DNA of 64,000 nucleotides from Blasia pusilla (taxonomy: Eukaryota). The translations under genes were made by a program, and so were the position numbers. The stretch lies in NCBI GenBank assembly GCA_050084515.1, contig CM114271.1, forward strand, positions 45,136,001 to 45,200,000, read 5' to 3'. Shown one piece after another: positions 38,421 to 50,749 of this stretch. Under the pieces are notes generated by a model. The model saw only the letters and a list, made by a program, of their open reading frames with translations, was not told the origin of the DNA and did no database searches. Positions within the stretch are counted from its first letter, which is position 1. Every line of letters begins with the position of its first letter.

Positions 38421-41230
38421 TCAAGCTAGCACGTATCATGGCTAAGCTTGGGTCAAGATACCATCCACATTTGAAGATGACATTGCGCACAATTACGCAC
38501 ATGGTCCTTCCAAACAACTTCATCACGACCCTCCAACATGAGAACTCCGAAGCTAACACTCGCAAGACTCATAAAATAGTGCGGCTGCCGTCACATCCAA
38601 CGTTGTCGGGGCAATCTGCTGCAAATAGACATAGTCCCCACATGGAACCTACGAATCGATGGTCGATAACCTCCACACTCGAATGGTTGCATACCGCAAC
38701 GTATCCCTGTGTTGAGCAATGGCAAGATTCTCAAAGGCGGTTGGCATAACTCTCCGAAAGAGCTCCGCTCGCTGAGAACACACCCTCATCCACATCTCTC
38801 GGGTCATCAAGGTTCACCACCTCACTAGACTCTCGACAATTGCTCTTTGGCAAGTCCGGATCTCGGCCGTATAAAGAAAATAAGGTGAGAAGGAAGCCAA
38901 GGATGCTTGGCGATTGAACCTATACCCCATGGCTAACCATGGCAACCGAATATCCGGTCTCCAAGATGCCCCTTCAGAGGCCATACTTGCGCAATGCCCT
39001 CTTCACCGCCTCGAACCACACGCCAGCCAAACCATCCGCCCCGGATGATCTCGAGACGTGGTCCGATGATCAATCAACGCCTTGTCACACAAGACCTGAA
39101 ACTCACCTTGAAACTCAGACTGGTCGGTCGGTCAAGACTTCAGCTGGTGCACCAAAATGACTAAGCACTCTATCAGAAACGATACGCCGTTCCTCACTCG
39201 CCTTGTCCGGTAATGCCACCAACTCAATCCACTTGGAGAAGTGCTCCACCATCACCAACACATATCGATGATGTCAAATACAATCAACGGTAACGGTCCC
39301 GCATAAAGTCCACACTCCAACGGTAACCCAACCCCATAATAGGCAAGGGGTGTAATTGTGGTGTAGGGGCATTAAATGATGCCTCACCCGGTCACAAACC
39401 ATACAACGTGACACCAATCGCTGCACTGAGTATGCATGCCACGCCACCAATATCGCCAAGGAGTAAGCTATACGACGCTTTACCCCAAAATGTTCCAACT
39501 CCTCATGGGCATGTCGCACAATGCGCTCTCTCTGGAGCCAAATGTGGCACTACTCGTACTCTACCATCCTCCCACACGCGGAGAATATGTGTTCCTCCAA
39601 TCGATACCTCTTAGCACGTTGAAGAACACGGTCTCGCTCCTTGGCACTCACTATGCCCGGCACCCTACTGGTCCGTAGGAACTCCAACACCAATGCATCA
39701 TCATGAATATCACGTTGATCCATACCACCATCTCCAACCTTAGGATCTGAAGGTTGGACATCTACCCTCTGACTAGAGTAAGATATCACGTGGTCCTCCA
39801 TACTAGAGTCCACCCCTAACCAACATAAAAAGGTGGATGCATGCCAACCTGGCACCATCTCCTCATCAACCTCGCCATGCCATCTAGCCCTTGTTGTATC
39901 CTCTTGGCTAGTACATGGGTTCCTACTCAACCCATCAGCATCAAGGTTGGCAACCCAGGTCTATGTACCACCCGGAAGTCATACTCTGTAAGATAAGAGC
40001 CCACCGTGCAAGCTTCCCCGTAAGCTTGTCCGACTCCATCAACCACTTGAGCGGTTGGTGATCAAGAACAAGGGTAAACGGGTGCCAAACAAGTAACACC
40101 TAAAGTGTGCCACAGCCCCCACACTCGCCAAGCACTCTCCCTCATATGAACTATAGCGACTCATTGCATTATTCGAACGACTTGCATAGGCCACCACAAA
40201 CTCCATGTGCTCATCATCATGTTGTGTCAACACCGCTCCAAGTCCCAACCTACTCCAATCAGTGTGTAATTGGAATGGGCGCCCTCTGATAGGTCTCCTC
40301 AAGATAGGCGCCGCCACCAATCGGGCCTTAAGCTCCACAAAAGCTCTCTCCGATCATCTCCACAAGTGCCACTCTTGATCTGATTTCAGCAATTGGTTCA
40401 AAGGCTTTGCCATAGCACTAAATCCCTTCACATACCTCCGATAGTAGTTCGCCAATCCCATGAATGCTCGAACTCTACTCACATCTACCGGACGCGGAAT
40501 AAGTGCAATAGCCTCCACCTTTGCTTGTGAACTCCCAAACCACTTGGATAGATCACATGACCCAAGTACTCAACATCCTCATGGAAGAACTTACACTTTC
40601 TGGATCCAAACGTAGACCATGAGCTTTCAACCGCTCAAACACCATCTGCAAATGTATCGATGCTCCTCCACCGTGTTATTGAACACCAAGATATCATCAA
40701 TGTAACACCGAACAAAATCCAACCCCGCTAGGATCCTCGCCCATCACTCTTTGAAACTCGGCAGTGCATTCTTCAACCCAAAGGGTAAGAATTTCCACCG
40801 GTACAAACAATCCTTTCCATGAGAGTTGACACCCCAAAATGTTGTCTTGGGCTTGTCACTCTCCGAATCGGCAATTGATGGTATCTCGCTCAAGATCCAA
40901 AGTACTGAAAATCTTTGCCTGTCCCACCACATCAAAGATCTCCTCAGGTGTAGGCATGGCATACCTATTGGCCTTGGTTTGCCGATTGATAGGACGGTAA
41001 TCTCCACACATCCGCCTATCCGTGTAGTTGCCATGTATATCCTTTTTAGCAGGCATGACAGTGGCTGATGCATACTCTCCATGCGACAACTCCACTAATC
41101 CAACCTCCAAAAGGTCCAACGTCCTACTCTGAATCAAGTCCCTCTCCATATCACTATATTGGTAGGGACGACGGAAGATTGGCGTATCACTAGCCAAATC
41201 AATCCGTATACCGGGTCCAACCAGAGAACC
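38420..41230 (-). pseudogene. RT, RNase H and integrase of copy 1 (frameshifted)
   Basis: RT RRMCGDYRPIN..YAMP, FLPFGLKNA, CYIDDI; RH FQLHTDWS..VVAYASR..YEGECLA; IN HEELEHFGVKR..CMVCD, VEHFSKWIE. Confidence 0.92.
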
Positions 41231-41639
41231 CAACTCCTTCATGCTAAAGGCAAAACAACTCCTATAAGCACATAGGAAGTGTGTCAAGCGTCGTTTCTCA
41301 CCTCCCGTAAGCTTGGGCCCAAGTAATGGCTCCCAAGTCTCCTCCACTGGCACACTAGAGGGAGAGGACGATGCCATTGGTCGCACGTAACCCCTCACAA
41401 GATGGTACACCCTTAGCTACACCATCATCTCGAGCAAATAACTCCTCCACCAAAGCATGAGCAACCAACTCCACATGCCCACCATTACATCCCATTACTC
41501 CAAGGATGCAAAAATACTACTCCTCGCCTTCACCGATGCCTCTACCATCCCGGTAGCCATCGAGCTCATTACAAGGGGTGGAAGACCCACAGACATAGTC
41601 CGAAGTCGACGCTGCTCGGCCATACCAAGACTCAAAATC

Positions 41640-42570
41640 CAAGTCAAACAATTCAGGTACATGGCCTGACCCAACACATGACGTCGTGAAGCCTCGAAAT
41701 AGAAGCAATTTGTCACACCGAGAGCAAATCCCATCGCACGCTCTCTCTCATCAACGTTAGGCTCCACCAACGCCGCACATGAGAATCCCATACAAGCCCG
41801 GGACCACCTTCCCCGTAGGCATGTGACGCGGGAAAACTCACAAATGTGGGTAGTGCCATCCTAGGTCTGGCCCACACGGTTCACCACCGCCATGGGTGAC
41901 CAATCAATAACCTCACCACTTGAGAAAGTCGCCAAGATTCAAGAAACTATCCACCGTAAGGCGAGGATCCCGCCAGACCGCATCATATGCTCGACGAGAA
42001 CCTCCCTAGGCAACAAGTTTGTCCACCACAAGCGTGGGCGATGTGCACGCTGAGCCAACTCGCGGCCAGCATCCAACAACACCGCTGGTCCAATCCAAGA
42101 GCGCACTCATGAACACTCGCCATCATCCGGTCCGAGTGTCACCCAACAATGGAACATTCTCCGAATGTAAGCTAGAGCACGTGCTCGATGAACTGAAGAT
42201 GTCGTAACACCCGTAATATCTCCCAAAACAATCGAGACCTAGGGTCATGTAATCCCTCACCACAACCAAAGACGTATGACCCGACATGGCCATCCAAAGC
42301 AATCACCAAATCCACAGGACCAACCTCTCAAGGTCCTGCGCTTCAACAATGCAATGTGTGATGGTAAAGCACGCTGGTACCCACGAATAGCCGATGGCGG
42401 CAACAACTCAGGATATCTCGCATCAATCGACCAATATGTCGGGATGAGACTCTCGGGCCGTCTCATCTTGCTCCACATACACGTATCTCCAAGACAGAAT
42501 ACCGCCTGCAACACGCCGCCAAACCAATGCTAATCCCACCAAAGAGATCTAACACACAAATGCCCTCCGC
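41640..42570 (-). pseudogene. DNMT3-like C5-cytosine DNA methyltransferase domain inside pol (copy 1, frameshifted as assembled)
   Basis: Motif I VLDLFGGISIGLAA; II RYVYVE; IV GPVDLVIA-GWPC; GLHDPRSRLFWE; VI ENVP; IX/X ERERAMGF..RRHVLGQAM. Confidence 0.9.
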
Positions 42571-42999
42571 GGATACCGCCATACAATGGGTGTAGTATCC
42601 AAAGGGGTAACCTAATGGACTGAAGTAGGAGTCCGTGGGGCCTCCTCTTCCTCGTGAGGTATAGACCTCACACCAAGCCTCTGCACTAGGCGACGCCTCT
42701 TGCCGTAGTGCACCGCTGAACTCCAAAGTGGCACATCCAACGATGAGGATGCCATGCTGCAAAAATAGGGACCTCCTCTACCTCCTCATGCGCAGGAGAA
42801 TCCATAGCGTAAACATTACCCTCCAAAAGTCTCTGGCCAAGTGACTACTCCACTAAAACCACCACAGATGCTAACATCTTTGGGGAAGACCCTCGGTCGA
42901 GCCCCATAAATAAATCTCACAGAACTTGGCTCATACGTCCATCCCGATCGCCAACCAGGTCTGTCAGAAGATTGTCTCGACCCAAGAATCCATCTGAAA

Positions 43000-45200
43000 A
43001 CCCATCGGGTACAATATTGCTCCTCCAACTAGTACATCATACGACTCGGATGATGTGACTACCTGCAGATACTCCCAACCGGAGCTATCGGTCGCATGAT
43101 CTGGTCTCAACTGCAGAAAACTTCTCCCGTGTCATGAATTGAGACCTATCATTGGCTCTCCAAGTGATGTTTGAATCTGGAATGGGCAAGGCTCAAGCTC
43201 GACCTCCGAATACCCAAACCAATACATGCCGCCTTTCCCAACATCAAAGGTTGGGCACCGTGAGTCTAACAAGACTCTATCCGGTCTATACACCTATCCC
43301 TGTAGGACTCACCAATCGGAAGATCCCACTCCGGTTGTCCAACATACATACACACGGTGTAAGCCTCTCACGATCAATGGTGGCCGGGTGGTAATGCATC
43401 CATCTTCGCCGCCGCCGCCGCCAAGTAGCACCGGGTACTCAATGCTACTCTCGACATAGAGGGTCGCTCCACCGCAACACCCTCATCCACCTCAACACGT
43501 AGCAAGAATACCCCACGTTCACACAACGTGGTCGCTAATCAAATACAGGAGCTAAGTCAACTCCTAAAGCCATCACCCGTGGCCGAAAACAATGGGGATC
43601 CCAACACCGAAGTTGCCATCCGCACATCGCATTGATGTCGATCCGTGTCTACTACACGCGATGTAGATGCCTCGATCCCCACTGCCGGCTCAATAGGTCG
43701 CTGAGGAACCATGGATGGAGTCCTAAGCACCTCAGACAACAAGAATGACTGGGAAGCCTAGCCTGTCTCCCAACCTCACCCCCTCTGTGGGTCCAACTCC
43801 ACAAGAGCACCACGTGGCTCGATGCTCGAGTGGCTCCTCTCAGAATCGCACGGTGATGCCTCAACCTCGGCCGCACTCGCCATATAAGAGAGATCATCCC
43901 TCCATAAGAGGTGGAAGCCCTTGCTCCCGAAACGATCTATCGCCGGATACCGACCATAGTAGCCAACTCGCGCTCCAATGCTCAATCCTCGGCAGCCATA
44001 GTCGATTGTCGAGTGGTAGGGGTAGCCACCATAGGCTCTCCAACCACCTGGTCCACCTCTACCACCCCTACCACCTCTACCACCTCGGCCTCTCGGAGCT
44101 ACTCCACCACGGCCACGGCCCGATCTCAACTCCGATGAAGATCAAAGCAACGCTCGAGGATGACCTAGTCTCCCGCAATGATCACACTGAGTTGGGGCCG
44201 ACCGAGGCCCATCCTCCAAAGTTCGTCTCCCATCCTCTTGGGGACAAAACTTCCTAACATGATCACCTCCACATGTCCAACATGATCGCCCTTCGCTGAG
44301 GCAGCAAATGAAGGCAATGGTCTCTGCACAAATGTCCTCTAGGACTTGATGAGGTCGCGTGTACCCCCCCACGACTCCCACTACTACTACCACCACCACT
44401 ACTACGAGATCGTGAGGTGGGCGGTGAACACGAGAAGTAGTAGTTGTATCCCTCTTGAATGCGGATGTCACCACTCTCTCCTTCACCATGTTAAGCTCAA
44501 TCTTCTCGAGATAGAGCAAACACATGGGTCAATGTGGGTGAATCATCACTCATAAGAGTAGCATCACGCACCCTACGGCGCAAATCTCTCGCCCAAGATC
44601 CCATACCAAAAATCGATCGCTCGATCCTCGTCACACCCTGGTAAGGTAATGAAATCAAGCGCCGATACGCGTGTATGCCTCACGAAGACTCTCACCGTCT
44701 TTCGCTCAAAGTCCTGAAGATTCCTCAACTTCTCCGTCTTCACTCCTTGATAGTTCTTCTTCAACCTCTTGAAGAACTCGCAATCGGCTAAACGATGGTG
44801 GGGCACTAGTACCCCCACTAGTACCTCCACCGGTATCCCCACTCCGGCTCAGACTGCATTACCACTCAAAGATCGGATCGGGCCGGGCATAGTAGGAGCA
44901 CTACTACCAATACCACCATGGGTGATAGACACATAGCCGGAGACCAATATTGTCTCCATGCCTCAATCTCATCAATATGGTCCTTCCTAAACTCATGGTA
45001 ATCATCCATGGGTGGTCCTTCCAAGTGTTGAAACAACCCTTCCAAGCCAAGAAGGGTGTAAACAACGCATGGCGTTCCGCAACATCTGCATATCACACCA
45101 CGTATCAAACTCGCATGAAGTCCTCCGACTCAATGGTACCCACTGCACCGAGTATCGCCGTGGGCCCTTCATGGCCCCATATCCACCGTCCATGTCCCAA
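43000..45200 (-). pseudogene. gag (two CCHC knuckles, RGG tract) and aspartic protease of copy 1
   Basis: CWTCGGDHVRKFC, CDHCGRLGH, GRGGRGGRGGRGG, and RVLLDS(G)AQPLM at ~43240-43280. Confidence 0.85.
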
Positions 45201-46874
45201 ATCAATGGAGTGCAACACTCGATAACACCGAGAAGACTGGGGTGTTTGGAACACCTCGCCCTCCTCCTCTTCATCAACCGTCGGAAGTGGAAAAGGTAGC
45301 CGATACCTAAATCCACTCCGTGTGAAACCACCACTGCCCACACCACGGTCCCCAACCAGACCACCCGACAGCTCCGTGATGACCAACGCCGATGCCGCAC
45401 CACCACCAAATTACCAAGTGACGTCGATGTCGCTATACTATTCTAGCTCTACTAGCTATGGGTGTAGGCAACCTAACTTGTCATCACCACAAGAAGTCTC
45501 CCACAATCTACTCGTCATCCCTCCAGCCTCACTACCGCTAGCACACAGGAGTAACACTACTCCGAAATCGGCGTCAACCCTAACAATGGGCGCAAAGCAA
45601 GAAGCACGATGGAGGGATCCAAACACAGAAATCCAACGACAACCCTCCAATCGCAAATGGAAATCAAGGTAACACAATCCACCAAACGTGGTGCCCTCTG
45701 AATCCACCAAACCCACCACACAATTCTAACGCAATAGCTACTCCCCCGCGGGTTGATGACGTGCTAGTCGAACGCGCAACACCTGAAAATATCACCTGCA
45801 TGGAGAGGCTACACCGTAATATGCGCTAGAGGTACATCAACCAAAAACCTGAGATGCATAAAGCGCCTAACACATCTCCGAACAGCACCAAATGAGCTAC
45901 AACAGTCTGTACACTGGCATAGTTAAGAACTCGGCAGTTAAGCGTCCTCCAGGCAGAATAGCCCAAAGATGGGTGACCAGTTATGCAAAACTCAAATCCC
46001 AAATCCTGCAAAAATTGCCTCACGCCCAAGCAAGCAAGCTTGCTTGCTTGCTCCTTGCTCCTTACTCCGCCTCTCACGCCCACTCGCCCCGAGCTACCAC
46101 GAGTTGCCTCGAAGCCTCGAAGCCTCGAAATGCTCGAGACATGCCCCTATTGCCCCGTTCGCCATGCTTCGCTATGGAGAGAGGTCCAACTAGGGCGCCC
46201 CCAACGGGATAGGCATCTCCAAAAATGAACGAGTCACCAACCAACCAGCCCCTCCGATCCGCTGTCCACCATAGCCAGACCTTGAGCTAGTCCGCGAAAT
46301 TTCGATCAGAAATTACTTCACAAATACGTGACCAAAATCAAATCTATTTCGATCAGAATTCAATTGACCACCATAGCTATCTCCCCACAAAAACTCAGCT
46401 ACAACCGAGCTCCGTACTCCGAGCTAAAAATCAGACAAACTTCTTTGTCCATACACCTCTAGAACCCAAATCCGGATAGCGCTTCCGCCAAGTTTCATGC
46501 ACGCGAGAAATCCGCAACGCTCCACGCACTCGAGCAGATAGCTTCACATGAGATCACAATACAAGTAGCAATAGGAACCTCTCACCCGATCTGGATGGAC
46601 TTCAACAGAGCTTCCGCACTCCAAGCTCTCCACATAAGAAAACTGTCAAACACGAACAGAATCTTCAATGCTTGATAACTTCCAACTCCTTGACGAAATC
46701 CGGCGATCTACAGCGTTGGAAAGCTCTCAGCAAGGCGCTTCTTTCCCAACCAACCACGCACCTGATTCACACCTCCAACATAGGCAACAAGCCCCGAACA
46801 TCCACGGCTGAGTACACAATCGGCCCTAACCAGATCCCTCTTGATCTACAATCAAGCTACCATCGATCTACTCC

Positions 46875-46886
46875 AGTTCTTTGAGT
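46875..46886 (-). promoter_or_regulatory. Self-priming primer-binding site
   Basis: ACTCAAAGAACT directly after A1 is the exact reverse complement of AGTTCTTTGAGT (47058->47047), which starts 30 nt after TATAA (47088). Confidence 0.8.
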
Positions 46887-47252
46887 GAAATGCGTGAAAG
46901 ACCTCATTGTCATAAAACACGTTTATAATCACATACAATCGAGCCAAACCCACCACGATGGGAGAATCTAGGTCGAAGCTTGCGGGAAACACCATAGCCA
47001 AGAGCTCTACTCACTACCAAGGCTAACTCCCAACGCAACAGGCTCAACTCAAAGAACTGACTGTTCTTTGAGTGCACTCCACCTTATATCCTCCAACCTA
47101 AGAGCGGGCCCTACTGGGAAAGTCACCCCCAACTGAGTAACCCCCAACCCTATGTATGGAACCGCATCTCTACCAATCCACTACGGTCCTACATAAGGAA
47201 TGGCCTCTACTAGCACACCATACTCTACGACATAATCCGTATGGTCATGACA
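46887..47252 (-). repeat. 5' terminal repeat A1 with TATA box
   Basis: Matches 37642-37992 with a handful of substitutions and ~3 indels; no B segment attached. Confidence 0.92.
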
Positions 47253-50200
47253 AAGACATATATCTGGAAGAAATTATGTCAAGTATTCAAGTAAGGAGAA
47301 TGAAAAAATAAAATTTAGAAATAAACTATAATTCAAAAAAAAATCATCAATTGGTAGAATCATACTTTGTATTAAGATATGAGGTTGTCTTATCAATGAC
47401 TTCCATTACATTGGATGTATCCATATTTTTTAACAAGTTAAGTATCACTATATCAGACCCCTTATATACATATTTATATAAGTTCTTCACAAAAAAAACA
47501 TTACTTGTGATCTCTTAATTAATATGACAATCAAAGAGGGTGCACAACATAGATATTTATTGATCTTGTGGTCAATTCACATTTCATGGATCAATAATAT
47601 TCGTATAAGATTTATTTTAAATAATTAAAGATTTGGCTCCTTGAATGATTTCTTAACCTATCATTTTCTTTCAAAGTAAAATTTCCAAATTTTTCTCCGT
47701 ATAACGACCCCTACTACTCTCACATATAATAAATTCTCTCCCTCGTATTGCCATGTATGGTTTTTGTGGCATATGGGTACTAAGTAGATTCGTAGTGGAG
47801 AGGCTCCATAATGCAAGTTATTTTGTGACAACTTCTCAATCATAGATATGAATGGAGATGTGAGCCACTTAAAAATGACTTTCGGATTTATTGCACTCAT
47901 GTTAGCATTTATCTACTAACCCTCCATATAATCAACCACATTCTTCCTTGGTATTAAGACTTTTTTTTGTACTTTCTCCAATCCCTTTGTATTAATCCTA
48001 CAATCAATTAATCAATCAAGCAATCAATGCAAGAAAATTTTAATTTTTTCTTTAATCTTCTTTCCAATTCGGTAAGTAATTTAATTTTTCTTTCGTAATT
48101 TAATTTCCTCCCCTTCAATATTATTGTCTGCCTCCCATAATACCATTATGAGCGTTAACTTACTTTGACGTACTATGAATGACTGAATGAGTGCGACTTG
48201 TGAAATGTTTTCATGAAGCCAGTTCATGAAACCTCTCTAATTTTTAAAATTTTCCCCTATACTAAACTTAGAATCTGAATTAGGGGAGAGTTTAAATAGT
48301 AATTTCTTATTTACTATTTATAATTATAATTATTAAAATAACTTAAAAATAAGAAAGGAAATATCCCCATTGGAATATTCCAAATTCTCCCTCGTATCTC
48401 TTAATTTTTTAATCTTAAAATCTAAAATTATTTCTTCAATTTTATCATAAAAAAGAATACTTTTCAAATTTCGTTCGGAGGGAAAATTGATTCATCTTCT
48501 AAGAAAAATAACAGGTCAAATTTATTTATTTTATTTTTTCAATCGAAGCATGAGAATTGAGAAATCTAGTATTTTCTAATTTATTTAAAAAAATTTAAAA
48601 TAAAATCATCATATATTTTAAATTTTAAATATATTATTTTAATTATATTTTTAATATTGGAATGTATGTGCTAAAAATTTTTCACACTATTTTCTGGGAT
48701 GCACGGGCTTAGTTATCTCCCAAAATGGTAATTAACGTTCAAACTATCAAATATCATTCAATTAATTTCAAACGATCTCATTAATTGAGATTATATCAAA
48801 TGAAAAAATTGAAAAAAAAATACCCTCCGACAATAATATACTAGTTAGGACATGCCAGGGCGTTGACGAACAATTTCTCTGTCAATTTTCAAACCATGTC
48901 TAGATGACGTTTAATTCCGAGAGAAATTCAATGACACAACAAGCAACTCTAGAAATGGACTCGTAGAGCCATCCACGTAGACAACACCATGAACATGGAT
49001 CTTTGTTTAATTTAACATGCGATGTCACTATCTTTACCAACATCTATATATGGTCCAAATTATAACGACCGTAAAATATGGTTAAAAAATAATAACATGC
49101 GTCAACCATAAGAAATAGAACTGAAAACACAGCATCCTCCAACTAAGTAGCAGATATATATTACCTTTCGTTCCCGGTAATCTCACCCGAACTTTACCAG
49201 TGGTTCTTGATATCGGAGACAAGGCGGTGTGGACGAGAAACGCCAGATCGTGCGGAAGCCAGAATTCCTATCAGCTTACGCTCGCAAGCTTATGCCTCCG
49301 TTCCAGCTGGCTCTCGGCGAGTGGCTACCGTTCTCCGGTAGCTCACAAGCTGTTTGGTGAACTTTGGTCTCTGACACGTGTGTGGAAGGGAGACGAACAC
49401 CGGTTCCTTCCTTTCTGATTGGTTGGGAAAGAGTAGGGAGTGAGAGTGAGCGAGATGGAGGGGGAACATTCTTGTCAACGCACCGACTTGACACGGCGCC
49501 ACGATGCGCGCGCGCGTGGATGGAGGAAGACCACCGGATGCTCGCCAACGGCTGGGAGTCTCCTTCGGACGTAGCCAGCCAGCCGCCCGCACGCCCGCAG
49601 CGTCCGTAGGAGAGTCTGCTCGCCTGCGATTCGACCTTAAGCCGCCTCCAATCCAACAGTAGTTAGTTAGGCGACGTACATATTACATACACTTCAGGAC
49701 TGTCGTCGACAACTACTACTGAAGCTTCGGGATCCCCCGGCTTCGATGTTTTCCCGAGGCTCCGTAGGGGAACTGGATCCTCTCCTTCAGCTGAATATCT
49801 ATATATCCATCGGCGATGGACACTCGAAAGACTTTCGATCGGCTGAAGTGTCTCCGCTCGGAAGTGAGTGAGGGAGAAACGCCGCGAGCTACCGACTGAA
49901 CCGCTTGTGGTTTTGCGATTTATCGAAGTGAGGCACGTGTCTGTCAAGCGAGACGATCGGGAAAGGAAGTGTCCGTTTCGATCTTCTCTTTCTCTTGCTC
50001 GCGATTAGATTAGTGGATTGCGTCTTGAAAGTGGAAACGTAAGTGTGTGACGGTTGAAGCTGCCCATGCATATCTACTGGTAAGGAAGGGGAGAGGGGAG
50101 AAGAAAGTCCATGAGAAGTAGAGCATTCCACTCTTGTATAAGCTATGTTTAAAAGTAGTGAGTGCGTTTCTTTCAATGTTCCATCCAGTTTTTGGTGTGC

Positions 50201-50749
50201 CCATCTTAGTGGATCCTCTATAAAGGTAGGGACATCTGTTTCTCTATATTTTGGAGGTACTATGGCTTCCAGAAAACTTATACAAAAAGTGTATCTCTAA
50301 GATTGGAGTTTAAATTCTATCCACATAAAATGATCAAATGAGTGCGATGATATAGGGTGGCACTTTGGCCATCCAAGTGAGAAAGGATAACTAGCCTGAG
50401 TGGATCATAAGGAATTGGAGCTCTCGGAGCTAGATTTGAGTAATTGGAGGTCGTAAAGATGTTGAAGGCGCCTCGATGAAATTGGGTGAAGTAGTTGATG
50501 TTGTGAACGATTGAGGGTGGAATCGATTGGGTGGATATGTTGCCAATGTGTGTTTTGTTTAGCAATTACATGTCAATCCAATTCAAACCATATGAGGTTC
50601 ATGTCCAATCCACTTCCCACAATTCTCAAGTTATGACTCTTTTTAATCCGAATTTTGAGGGTGTATGTATTGCAATATATCTTGTGTAGTGATGTGTATG
50701 TGCATGAAATCCATCCTATAGCATCAACTACTTTTATAGGAACTAACAT

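Larger units (their letters stand above)
37533..47252 (-). mobile_element. Full-length (9.72 kb) Ty3/Gypsy retrotransposon, gag-PR-DNMT-RT-RH-IN-PHD, with split terminal repeats (copy 1)
   Basis: Termini TGTCATG..CACGACA on the coding strand; AAGA TSD at 37529-37532 and 47253-47256; all domains recognisable in Gypsy order. Confidence 0.93.
34753..47950 (-). mobile_element. Decayed autonomous Helitron (Rep-Pif1 helicase), interrupted by the Gypsy insertion at 37533-47252
   Basis: 3' end hairpin plus CTAG at 34753; helicase motifs TMTINKSKGQ..FSHGQLYVALS (~35010-35110) and FIDGPSG..AVASSEIVALLLDG..AHSHFKIP (~36235-36400); YKYVYKGSD (~47455-47480); RYMSSMKAYWRLF..LVIHLP spans the insertion site. 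Confidence 0.9.

Noticed and set aside
41640-42570. Host DNMT3/DRM gene or captured exon
   Set aside because: Intronless, colinear within pol at the same position in two diverged copies, and the motif order is not permuted as in DRM.
43745-44257. Plus-strand ORFs antisense to gag (also 55822-56334 and 60186-60545)
   Set aside because: Shadow ORFs of GC-rich coding sequence with no apparent conservation between copies.
37533-47252. DIRS/PAT/Ngaro classification because of the split repeats and methyltransferase
   Set aside because: It has an aspartic protease, HHCC/DDE integrase, TSD and a C5-type (not adenine-type) MTase; no tyrosine recombinase motifs were seen.
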